DNA from: Microthyrium microscopicum
Taxonomy: Eukaryota
DNA: 64,000 nt
Assembly (NCBI GenBank): GCA_010405405.1
Contig: MU004233.1
Location: 695,122 to 759,121 of the forward strand
Direction of reading: 5' to 3'
Part shown: positions 38,385 through 50,423 of the stretch, piece by piece
Layout of the letters: each line of letters begins with the position of its first letter
How positions within the stretch are numbered: the stretch's first letter is position 1
Notes under the pieces: model-generated
The model's input: only the letters and a program-made list of their open reading frames with translations
What the model was told of the DNA's origin: nothing
Databases searched by the model: none
Program-made: the position numbers and the translations under genes

Positions 38385-40487
38385 ATGGCACGCCGGCCGG
38401 ACCGGTCGAAATATGATCGTGTGGTTGGCGATGGCTTTGACGATGGTTCGGACGAGGACGATGTGGTAGTTTTGGATAGTAAGGACACTGAGTAAGTGCT
38501 TTCGATGGTTCTACAGCACTTCGATGGGAGGATGGCCTGTAGAGCCATGCGCCCAACAACAATGTCCATCTCCATGTTCGAAGCTAATAATGGTCTTCCA
38601 GACTCCAAAACCTCCTCCACCGGCCCACCGCAAACATGAAAGAAGGCGCAACAATCGCGACCGGCGCCGACACATACCACGATGGAGAAACACTCGACGG
38701 CCCACCCTACACAGATACCGAATCAGCCTCCTTCGACCCAAACGAGCCCACCCCACGCGAGTTGACCACCCTCCGACGAGTCCCCGACCGTCTCCCCCGG
38801 AGCGCCTTCCTAGTCGCCATCGTCGAGCTCTGCGAACGATTCTCCTACTACGGCCTAAGCGGGCCCTTCCAAAACTACATCTCCAACCACTACCTCGACG
38901 CCGCCAACCCCGGCGCCCTCGGTCTCGGGCAATCGTCTGCCACAGCACTGACGAATTTCTTCCAGTTCTGGTGCTACATTACGCCGCTATTTGGAGCTAT
39001 TGTTGCGGACCAGTGGTTGGGGAAATATAAAACTATCGTCTACTTTGCGCTCATCTACCTCCTCGGCCTCACCATCCTGTTCATCACGAGTTTGCCGGTG
39101 AGTATTGAGGGTGGGTATGCGCTGGCTGGCCTTGTGTGCGCTATGTTCGTCATTGGGCTGGGTACGGGTGGTATCAAGAGCAATGTGTCCCCGCTTATCG
39201 CGGAGCAGATTACGGAAACGCGGGTGAGGGTGCGGACAGAGAGGGGTGGGGAGAGGGTACTTGTTGATCCAGCGTTGACGGTGCAGAGAGTTTATATGGT
39301 GTTTTACATGTGTATCAATCTCGGCTCGCTAAGCAGTATCGCGACGACGAATATGGAGCTACATACAGGCTTTTGGAGCGCGTATCTGCTCGCGTTGTGT
39401 ATGTTTGTCGTTGGATTGGTGGTGTTGGTGCTGGGACGGGGGAAGTATGTTGTTAGACCGCCGAAGGGGTCGGTGATTGCGCATAGTGTTAAAGCACTCT
39501 GGATTGGCGTCCGCAGTAAGAGAGGACTGGAGGCCGCGAAACCGAGTGTACGCATGAGTTTGGGAATGGCGAAGAGTGTGCCGTGGGACGATGCGTTTGT
39601 GGAGGAGTTGAAGACTGCTCTGAAGGCATGCAAGGTTTTTCTATTCTTTCCCATCTACTGGGCCGTCTATGGACAAATGAACAACAATTTCGTCTCGCAA
39701 GCTGGGACGATGGAACTTCACGGTATACCGGTATGTTTATCCCCCCTATAACCTCTATACCTTCTATCCAAATATCCATAACTAACTAGACGGACAGAAC
39801 GACATAATGCAAAACATCGACCCCATAACAATAATAATCTTCATCCCCCTCTGCGACCAACTCCTCTACCCAACCCTCCGCACCCTCGGCATAAAATTCA
39901 AGCCCATCACCCGTATCTTCTGGGGCTTCCTAATGGCCTCCATCGCCATGGCCTACGCAGCCTACGTCCAACACCTTATCTACTCTTCCGGCCCCTGCTA
40001 CACACACCCACTAAAATGCGACGCAGCATTCCTCACAAGTCCCACCCCCAACGACCCAACACTCACCTCAACGCCCAGCAGTCTCGACATTACTGTCCAA
40101 CACAACTCTGTGCATGTAGCACTCCAGACGCCGGCATATTTTTTTGTGGCGCTTAGTGAGATTTTTGCGAGTATTACGGGGCTGGAATATGCGTATACGA
40201 AAAGTCCGGAGGGGATGAGGAGTTTTATTATGGCGTTGTTCCTGTTGACGAATTCGGGGGGTGCGGTGGTGGGGATTTTGTTGGCGCCGGTGGCGAAGGA
40301 TCCGAATTTGACGGCTCTTTATGCTGGGTTGGCTTGTTTGGCGTTGGTGGGTGGGTGTGCTTTTTGGGGGGTGTTTAGGGGGTATAACTCACTGGAGGAT
40401 GAGAGGAATGATGGTATGGTGGGTGGTGGTGTTGATGTGGGGCTGGAGAGGTTGGATGGGAATGGGAAGGCTGAAGATGTGTCGTGA
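38385..40487 (+). CDS. POT/PTR family di-/tripeptide transporter (Ptr2-like); introns 38492-38601 and 39731-39797
   Basis: ELCERFSYYG (ExxERF), GAIVADQWLGKYKTI, GLGTGGIKSNVS, FYMCINLGS, spliced GIP|NDIMQNIDP, SEIFASITGLEYAYTKSP; upstream exon from ATG 38385 splices in frame. Confidence 0.92.
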
Positions 40488-41015
40488 AGGAGTGTCTGAT
40501 GGGACAGATGATACGACGTAATGAAGCTCCGCCTAGAGAGCGAGTTTACAGGAGCGCAAGTACTCGAGGGAGCGTCCGGTGTATTCGACCTGGACGAAAT
40601 AGACTCACGAGCTATTCGCCTGGTCAGTGGCTTGTTGCCAGAGGAGCCTTCATGCGAATGGCAAGTCGAAAGATGACTTGCGAAAGCTTCCTCTGAAGCA
40701 GGAAGGTATCATCGTACAGCCGGCGATGTCGACTCGCAAACGTCGGATCAATGCGAATGGCAAGGCTGAATATGTTTAGCTCAAGAGTGCCTTCCAGAAT
40801 AGATACCAGAGCAGGCATTGACGACCGAAGTAATGCAAGCTCCGGCTTCGGAGGACATAATGAGCATCAGTGACATTGGAGAGTTCGGATGAATGGAGAA
40901 TGAAACCGTAGACAATAAGATAGTGTAATCTTGTGGTATGGCACTGAATGATATAACAGACAGACAAGAACGATATCTGGAGATGATGCTCGCGTGGGAG
41001 CTCTGCTTATGCTGT

Positions 41016-41568
41016 TATGACGGCGCATTACCGCCAACCCTGGCCACTTCAATAATATCTAACTTCTAAACTTCTAAAGTCCAAGAGTCATCTACAAGCA
41101 CATAAAACACGCATTTCTGCCTCCAAAATAATCGTTCTAATGCTTCCAAAGAAGCCAAAAGATCAAACAAACGGAGCAGCATCTTTTGGCTTTTTTAGAA
41201 ATTTTATTGAAGCATAAGTAGTTATGTAGGTTTAGTGAGTGCTCCCTAATTTAGTGACAACCCTCACTAAGCTTCGTTGATCAGAAAATCGTAGATCTGA
41301 CAAGATCAGATTAGATTAAAATAGACCCACTTATTATAGTGGATACTTCTCAACAAAAGAAATATGCTTCAAAACTAAATAGCTAAAAGGGCTTGAAATA
41401 AAAATTGTGAAGAAGCCAAAAGATAATGCTCCTTTTGTTTGCGCTTTTGGCCTTTTCAGAAATATCAGAATCGTTATGGTGGAGGCAGAAAGGTAGATTT
41501 GGACTTCAGAAGTTTAGAAGTTTAGATATTATTGAAGTGGCCAGGGTTGGCGGTAATGCGCCGTCATA
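41016..41568. mobile_element. Non-autonomous DNA transposon (MITE/foldback), ~553 bp
   Basis: Ends TATGACGGCGCATTACCGCCAACCCTGGCCACTTCAATAATATCTAAACTTCTAAACTTCT are near-perfect inverted repeats (~69 bp, continuing imperfectly to ~190 bp); flanked by direct repeat TGCTGT at 41010-41015 and 41569-41574; no coding core. Confidence 0.9.
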
Positions 41569-42692
41569 TGCTGTCTTATTCCCGACCAATCGAGGCACTT
41601 TAGGAGCAAAAGACATCTTGATCTTCGACCTGGTTGGCTGAAGCTACAAGTGAGCCTCCAGGTCTCGAGGGACAAAAAAAGTGAGCCATAGCACTTCTTA
41701 TAGAGCGACTGCTTTCACTCCCTAAGAAGTATTATGGCAGCCATTGTAATCGTCGGAAAAAGTCGCCAAAGCGTCTCACTTATCTTGTCCCCGTAGAGCG
41801 AGCTTCGTTGGATCTTGATGGCATTTAGCAGCCAGCCAGCCAGCCAGCCAGAAGAAGCTGTCGCCACTTTCCCATGTTACAGTGGCACTCAACACCACAG
41901 ATCTGTATGACGATCTCTTCCCCGCAAAGAATAGTTGCATTAATTTATGGTTAGTGTCGACCGTTGAGAAGCCAAGCAGACCAAGCAGACCAAGCAATTG
42001 CATCCCCGCAAAAATGCCATCGAATCATTATTCAAAGCTTTCTGCAACCTCGTGGAGTCGTGGTCGACCTTGCTGCCGACTCCGCTTACATCACTGCTTT
42101 ACTCGATGATCGTCGCCATGGTCAGTTACCATCGTCACACTTTCCCTCCTTTCTACCGTCCTTTCTTTTTTTCTCCTTGAGCATCTTCTTGTTTGTTTTC
42201 CTCCATTGCTTGCGCCCAAAGCTGGACCCTTTCTCATCTCACTTTTGGCATCCATCTGCAACGACATAACACGGAACCAGACCATTTTGAATCATATCAC
42301 CATTCGCCAATATCATATTACTCGTATTGATAATTCCCCAGATTTTGGTGTGTCAGGCTGTCATCCTAGCCCGCTGTTGCTTATTCCCAGACCATCCAAC
42401 CGGTTGAACCATTGGCACGGCGCACGAAAGGAAGACGTCTGCTATTCTTGCTTCAGCCTTGCTGCTTATTTCCAGACTTCAAGGCGCGTCTCTGTCGCCC
42501 ATGAATTGCGAAGTCGGAGGTTATTGTTGACACTGGAGAAAACTCAACTGTGTATAAATATCAACAGAGCCGGGATCGAAGGATTTGCTTAGAACAGACT
42601 GGATCATTACTACTTCAGTTTTGCGAGCAGGCGTCTGAAGAGCAGCGAGCCTCAGAAATTATTCCATTGTATCGAGGAGATCAATCGCGACT

Positions 42693-44253
42693 ATGGCGAA
42701 CACAACCAAGAATGTTCCTCCAACCGACTCGGAGTTGGAAAAGAACACTCCGATGCAACAGCCAGGTCCAGCTTCAACAGGAATGGATGAAGCTACGTAC
42801 CGTCAAATCGAAAAGAGCGTGATACGCAAGCTCGACTGGACACTTGTGCCCCTAGTTATGGGAATGTGTATGTTTACCATCAATCCGTATTATCACACAG
42901 ACCTAACCTAGAATAGATCTTCTGGCCTTCTTGGATCGATCAAACATTGGAAATGCAAATGTCGCAGGTCTCAGCACATCTCTACACATGGACGACGCAC
43001 AGTATCAATGGCTCCTCACCATTTTTTACATTTCATATATTGTGTTTGAATGGCTACCGCTCATGTGGAAAATATTGCCTCCTCATCGCTGGGGTGCCTT
43101 CTGTGTACTCGGATGGGGGATAGCTTCAGTCTGTCAAGCCGCCACAGTCAACTGGTCTGGAATGATGGCTCTCCGCTTCCTCATGGGCATGTTCGAAGCC
43201 GGTTACGGTCCAGGAATTCCCTATCTTCTCTCCTTCTTCTACCTACGCCATGAACTTGGTTTCCGTATTGGCATATTTCTCGCTGCTGCTCCCTTAGCGA
43301 ACACATTCGCTGGCGCCCTTGCCTACGGCATCACATCAGGCCATCATGCTATTGAAAATTGGAAGGTCTTGTTCCTCGTGGAAGGTCTTCCGACCGTCGC
43401 CATGGCTCCTCTCGTTTGGTTCCTCCTTCCAGACTCTCCACAAAAGTCTCGATATCTCACCGATGATGAGAAGATTGTTGCTGAAACACGCGGAGTCCGA
43501 CAAGCAGGTACTGCTAGCCGAGTTGGCGGTATCAACATGCGCGAAGTGTTTTCCACGCTGCTGGATGTCAAAGCCTGGTTCACGGCGCTCATGTACTTCA
43601 GCTGCAACGTCTCCTTCGCCTCGCTGCCTGTGTTTCTACCCACTATTCTCAAAGAAATGGGGTTCACTGCCGTCAACGCTCAGGGACTCACTGCGCCACC
43701 GTTCTTCCTCAGCTTCTTGGTCACCATTTCCACTGCCTGGATCGCAGACCGCACACAACAGCGCGGCATTATGATTGCCTGTTTGACCACTATTGGCGGT
43801 GTCGGCTATTTGATGCTAGCTCTCGCGAAATCAGTGGGCGCACGTTACGCTGGCGTCTTCCTCGCAGCGTCAGGAATTTTCCCAGCTATCGCAAACATTC
43901 TCCCCTGGGTGCTCAATAACCAAGGATCAGACAGTAGACGCGGTTCCAGCATCATGTTGTTGAACATCGTTGGTCAGTGTGGACCACTCCTTGGGACACG
44001 GCTGTATCCAGCCAACGAAGGCCCATTTTACGTCAAAGGCCAAAGTGTTTGTGCGGGCTTCATGTTCTTCACGACTTTCTTGGTTTTAGGACTCCGGACG
44101 TTACTCTGGTGGGAGAACAAGAAGTTGGACAAGGAGCATGGAACTGTGGATGACCAGAAAGCGAGGACGCAGAGAGATAGTACGGCTTCTGCGGCCAAGG
44201 ATCAGAGTACCGGAGTGGAAAATTCCGGACCGATGTTTCGATACGTTTTGTGA
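42693..44253 (+). CDS. MFS transporter, anion:cation symporter family (Dal5/Tna1-like); intron 42868-42916
   Basis: IRKLDWTLVP, spliced YLLAFLDRSNIGNA, LRFLMGMFEAG, WKVLFLVEGLPT, C-terminal FRYVL. Confidence 0.92.
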
Positions 44254-45939
44254 GAGGTTTTGATGAAGATTAATGCAGTCGTTATCGATTTTGCTTCTGC
44301 GGAAGTCAATAGTTTAGCGTATTAATGAGGTTTGAACGAGCTATAAGCTCTTGGTACAATTCAAGTACAACCCATACAGATATACTTGTGTGTAGAATTG
44401 TAGAAGAGTACTAAGTTCTACGATTAATCGAGCTAGTATTACATACAACTTTTCTCAATGCTCTGTACTAAACTCTGGTCATCTGCATACTGGTTGAAAA
44501 TCATGCGAAATTCTCCTCACTTCCATATAGCTAGATGTCAATTCAGATAAGGTTTCCGATACGCTATTGACCACTTGAGATATTATACGACCTTCCAAGA
44601 ATAGAAATCAGATGACCATCAACTAGAATGAAAGATCTACAGTCTCTTCAGAACTAAATCTACTAAAAATCCAAGACAACATACACTACATAAATCCACC
44701 ATATAAAGTTGACGCAAATCATCCGAATCCCGCCGTGTGGAGAATATTCCACAGAACAAGGCTAATCCTTCAAACATTCTCTTCAAGTCCACTCAATGCC
44801 AAGCTGTGGATGGCCCAATCTGTAGAAGACCAGTGAGCTTCTTTCCGAGGCCAGACTAACTGAGTGGTGTTTCAGCAAAGGCAGGGAACAGCAATATGAT
44901 ATTGAACATCGATGCGCCGCGTGGCCCTAGCACACCAGCATCGTTGCAGATTAAACAACCTTTCTATTGTGTTCGAGCCCCAGAAATTAACCTTCTAGCC
45001 GTTTTCTACTGCTTGTAGGGAACGCAAGCTTCTCTGTTAAGGGAGTGACTTACCGCTATAGCCCATGCTTATTCCCATTTAATATCAATCCAACCAGCTT
45101 GGTTTAATGATTGCGATCCACGTATGGTACGCGTGATTGTAAACCATCTACAGCATGAAATGAGTATTTTGCTGTGCCTCACAATGCCAGGGGAGTAGTT
45201 ATTGTAGGATTCGAGGTAAAGCAATTGGTAGCACAAAGCAAGCAATTATAGGATAGAAGGAATCAAGTCCTACCTGTCGTCACTGTAAAGACTAAAGACA
45301 AGATAGATATGCTCACTACTGCACGGCTTACCCCTGAAAGTATTTCGATCGCACAAAAATCTACCAACCATTCAAGGAACCACTCGATATTATCTACGCT
45401 TATTGCTCGAATCTAAACCACCACCGCAGCGAGGTCCCTGCCACAACCAGGTCCCAAGACCCAGCACAAAAGCCATGTCAAGGTTCCGAGGCGGCTTTCT
45501 AGTGGCTTTGTAGTAGTACAGCCGCTTACCCAGCGATATGAGAGCGTGACATCTGCATTGGCATCAAGGCCGGGCCGCAATTACTTGTATTACAACCAGA
45601 TGATCACTTGCTGGGCCAAGCAAGATACACAAGGCCTAAGAGCTGTCCCTGGTGCCGGTCCTCGCTTGTAATACTTTACAGGTACGAGGACAGCGGCTTT
45701 TGCTGTAGTGCTCTTTCTGCATCCGCGGGGATTTTGATATAGCAGGTCATTTAAGACTAGAGCCTCGACCAAAGTCGTGAAAGTCTTTCTCTTTCTCTCC
45801 CTTTTACAGTCCATTCGCTCGTTTCCCTCTCACATTCCTTTTATCAAAACCGCTCCGGCAGCCAGGCTTTTGCAGAAAAGGGGCGTTTGAATACACAGTC
45901 ACTGGTTGACTATTTGAGAAAATTGAAAGTGGGCTCAAG

Positions 45940-47198
45940 ATGTCTCCACGCGGCAATAACTCAGATGATATTGAGATTGGTGTATCGGAGGTGTTGAAGA
46001 GACATGTTACGAGACATGTTGCTCATGGAGAACCGGTATCACAACGAAGACTCGATTTCGAGCATCGTCGGCCAAAGATCTTGAGAGAGATGGCGGCCGA
46101 GGCCACTGGTGTCTTCTTTTACGGTTTGTGAATACCAGAAGATACGCAACTTGGCACTGAATGCTGACTTTCTTGTAGTTTATCCTGGTATCTCTGCAAC
46201 AGCAGCATTCATCACTGAACACGCCAAACCTGAATTCGGCTCTATGCTGACCATTGGATTTGCCTACTGCTTTGGTATTGCTCTTGCCGTCATTTGCTGC
46301 GCTGCCACTTCCGGTGGTCACTTCAACCCCGTATGACTATTCCAAACTCTTCACACTATCACCACTGATCATAACACAGGCCATCACCGTCTCCTTCGCC
46401 GTATGGAGAGGTTTCCCATGGAAAAAGGTCCCTCTCTACATCTTCGCCCAATGTTTCGGTGCCTTCGTCGCCGGTCTCCTCCTAATGGGCCAATACCACG
46501 AACAACTCGCCGAACTAAGCCACCTAACCGTCAAAGCCGGCAAAGGCAACGTCTTCGGCGGTGGCCCAGCCAGCATCCTCACCACCTACCCCACAGCCAA
46601 CCAGCACAATGCCGGCTACTTGATCCTCATCGAATTCTTCGTCGACAGCTTTTTGGTAAGTTCTTTTTTTTTTTGTTTCACCCTCCGTCGATCAAGCTTC
46701 ACATATATTAAGTCACCTCTTCTTTCCCGCAATACCCGCTAACCAGGATATGTTCAACAGGGCCTTGTGATCTGGTCAGTTCTCGATCCCGCAAATCCAT
46801 TCATCACCCCAGGCATGGCGCCCTTCGTCATCGGCATCGGCTACGCTGTCATGGTATGGGGTTTCGCACCCGTTTCGATATCAACCAATCTCGCCAAAGA
46901 TCTCGGATGTCGTGCCGTTGCAACCATCTTCTACGGCAAGAAGGCGTGGACGTACCGCGGCTACTTCTGGATCAGCCTGTTTGTCAACATACCTGCCACA
47001 TTGTTCGCCACGCTGTACTATGAGCTTGTGCTGAGAGATTCGTTGGATCGTATTGCTATGGGCCATGGAGCTCATGAGGATGGCGAGGAGGGCTTGACTA
47101 GACATTTTACGAATACGGGCCATATTCAGGCTCGTCCGGATAATGCTAGTGATGGCACTCGTCATGAGGACTATACGTACCACACCAAGGCTTACTAG
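45940..47198 (+). CDS. Aquaglyceroporin-like MIP channel; introns 46124-46178, 46331-46379, 46656-46760
   Basis: AEATGVFFY|VYPG, SGGHFNP|AIT (NPA formed by splicing), FPWKKVPLYIFAQ, second motif STNLAKDLG. Confidence 0.9.
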
Positions 47199-47491
47199 AG
47201 ATATGTGCTAGAGGGAAGATGGTAAGGGGATGGGGAAAACGAGGGAGGAGAGGATGGGCATGGCATTTGGGGTACTCCTCGTCGTTCGATGATGGAGCAG
47301 TTTGGCGTATGGTTGACTCTAGTAAACGTAAAATTATTAATCTGGTATCGTTTTCTAAGCAATATGTGCTTATAAGTGAAATGTCTATATACCATCGACA
47401 AATCACCCATATGAGGGTATCAATCGCACCTTTCGGTTGCGAAGAATGGAGACATGTCCTACTCTGTAACAAGGCGACTGGCAATTACTGA

Positions 47492-50033
47492 TCATTCGTC
47501 GGTCAAATCGATAGGCTGGCTAACGCTGCCAGAGATTTTCGCAGGCGCTGGATTTCGCTTGGGTGGCTGGCGCACTTGAGGACGACCCGGTCCACGCTTC
47601 TTTTGTGGTCGTCCTGCCTTTTTCTTGTCCGCGGCTATTGCAGTATTGGGCAAGATGGGCTCATTCGTGGAGGACTCTGCCCTGTTCACCGGCGATCCAA
47701 GAGTTCGAAAAACAGGTCTTTTGCCTGCAGCTACCTGGCTGATTTTACTGCGATGGGCATAAGTTCGGCCTGGCGTCAGTGGAGTATTCTCCTTCGCGTT
47801 CTCAGACGGGGAGCTCTGGACGAACAAGGGTGATTCTGATCGAAGAGGACAGGAAGTCGATTCCCCTCGCTCTTGTGATGGTGTATTGGAACTTTCAGAT
47901 CCTGACGTCGAAAGGTGTGTAGACGCATCTTCTGTCGCAGCACTTTTCTTAATTTTGGTAGCACCCTTTTTGGCACCCGAGCCAAAAAAGCCTTCGATGC
48001 TCGAGGCTAAAGCCGCATGCCACTCCTCCATGTATTTGGCTGTGGCTGGGGAATACGACGCTGGTTCTGGGGTATCACCAGACTCTTCCGAGTCGCTGTG
48101 GATGAAAGCGCTCTCAATGGCAAAGGTAAGTTTGGCTGCAAATTCCGTTTTGGAGAACTCATTGGGATAATCCTCATTGAAGACGCCTTTCGGCGGTATA
48201 TATGCGCGGCGTGCTTGATTTGATCCGCTCGGGTTATGTTTGTCTGCACCTGCTGCTGCTGAAGTTTCTGCCTCTGGAGCGGCCTTCTTCTTCCTTGGCT
48301 TCTTTGCTTTAGGCGGCTGGCTTGGATCCTCTGGATTCTTCCGTTTACTTCCAGTGGCTTTTGCTGCCTTTGCTGCAATTTTGTCTTCTGCCTCTTTGAC
48401 AGCTTCTGGGACTGCGAATTCTAGCAAGTGGATCGGAAGCTCACACTCTGCACGCTCCATGGGATCCCACTTCTCAGGCAGCTCTTCTCTTGGATGTTTC
48501 TCCCATAGTTTGGCATCAGATACCTTGTGGGGATTGAACTTGATTTTCTTCTCATGAACTTCAGCATCATTGAGTTTCGCTTTGGGATTAGCCCTTGGCA
48601 CAACCACTTCAATCTCGAAAACCTTGTTGATGTGTTTCATGCCAGGTTTTGTGTTACGTAGAAGTCTGGTGAGGAGGACTGGTACGATATGCTTGATGTA
48701 GAATCTTGTATTTATGTTGAATGATTCGAGAACAAAATCTCGAAGGATCTGTAGGTTGTCAGTCCCTACTATCTTCACGACCAAAGATATAAACTGAATT
48801 GGTTATATTCCTGCTTTTGAAATGAGGAACAAACGTCACGAGACTAGGCGTCCGAAACTGCTAGCTCAATGCACTGGCGACATACAAGTATAGACAAAAA
48901 CATTCGGTTAAGAAGTCGCTGACATGCGAAGCTGCGCGAGACATGAAGAGTGAAGCATTTGAAACAAATAGAAAAGATACATACCGATTCCTCGATTGAC
49001 CTCGGATCCCATAATGTGTCGAACATGCTCAAATCTTGGGTTACGGTTGGATTGCAGTAATAGTTCCATGCTCTTTGAGGTGGAAAGTCCATTGGAACAT
49101 GTAATCCAAATTTGCTGGATAGTTGCAACCTCCACTCTACCAGCCCGTATCCTGGGCTTTTTGGGTCAAAGTTGGCTAGGGATTGGCCGAACCCCATTCC
49201 GACAGCTCGTATAGCAGTTTCTGGCCCACAGCCACGTAGGCCAGCAGCATCGTAATCACCTCCGTTGAGTAGAGCAAATAGGACCATACCATGTTTGTCC
49301 ATATTCGCAAGCTTTGGCAGCTTCCGAAGAGCTTCAGACCGATACACCCGCATATGAGTCTTGCTCTTGGGACCTTCTTTCGCTTTCCCGTTGGCGCCCA
49401 TGGCATAATGAGTTCGAATGAGAAAGTCACATCCAAACATGAGGGCGTCGGAGTCATCAGACCAGACAGCATCGACTATACCAGCTTGTTGAAGTCTGGC
49501 ACATTCGGCTTCAGCTTCACCTGGAGCAAGGTGAAATGGCACTCGCAAATTCTTGAAAATGTTCTTTGTCATTTCAATTCGCTCATAGTTCACTTTGTTG
49601 CCCGAGTTGCGCCCTTTTTTCCAAGGTCGTTTTGGGCCATCAAACACGAAGATTAACTCAATGTTTTGTCTGAGGAGACCGGTAACCCGATAAAATATAG
49701 CCTTTTCGATAGGATTGGAGAATTGGGCCGCGTCGGCTAATGGCTCAAGTTAGTGTTCAAGATCTTGGAGATATTCATACGATCCAGCACTAAGGCATGA
49801 CTTACATGATTTTCTGATGTTGGCGACTTGTCCGTCATTTAGGTTATTGAACCGCCATTGCGCTTCATCAATGGCAATTCTGAAAGGGCGCCCATATCTT
49901 TGAAAATGTTCTGAAGCCAATTGCACGATTGGGACCACCTCGCCATCGCCTAAATATGGCCATATACTGTAAGACTCATTAATAACTGCGAGTCGTGACT
50001 TGGGAGTATGATTGATTACCCAGTGATTCCCAT
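47492..50033 (-). CDS. XPG/Rad2-family structure-specific nuclease (Yen1/GEN1-like), multi-exon
   Basis: MGITG|IW start (ATG at 50033), RIAIDEAQW, VFDGPKRP, APGEAEAECA, WSDDSDALMFG, GGDYD..GLRGCG helix-hairpin, long basic disordered tail. Confidence 0.87.
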
Positions 50034-50423
50034 TACGTTGGCTCTCAAGCGCAAAAAGGAGGGTTGAACTTTTCTTTGATGTTCATTTGTTGTATGTCCA
50101 ATTATTCTGCTGATTTCCAATCAAGTTGATATTGGACGCAACGATGATTGGTTTGATCGGACCTGACTGATGCGGAAGGAGGAAGTAGCAAATGAATGGA
50201 GGAAAGAACGAGCAGCCCCTGAGACTCGAGAACTGGTAGGAGACGCGATTGGAAATCGCGCTAGTGTCGCGCTTCCACGTGAGCAGCCATGTGTTCCAAC
50301 AGATAAGATCCTCAGATCTTGTAGCTTTAACTTCCCTCCAAAGTCCTCCATTTATTGCACCAAAGTCCATTTACCACCATGTCGACAAATCTTACGACAA
50401 GAGACTAACACGAAGTCATCATC

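Noticed and set aside
41030..41555. CAGGGTTGGCGG as hAT termini
   Set aside because: The motif points outward and lies inside longer inverted repeats, so it is not the element end.
41776..42592. Short overlapping ORFs upstream of the MFS gene
   Set aside because: No recognisable domains; consistent with promoter/UTR sequence with short simple repeats.
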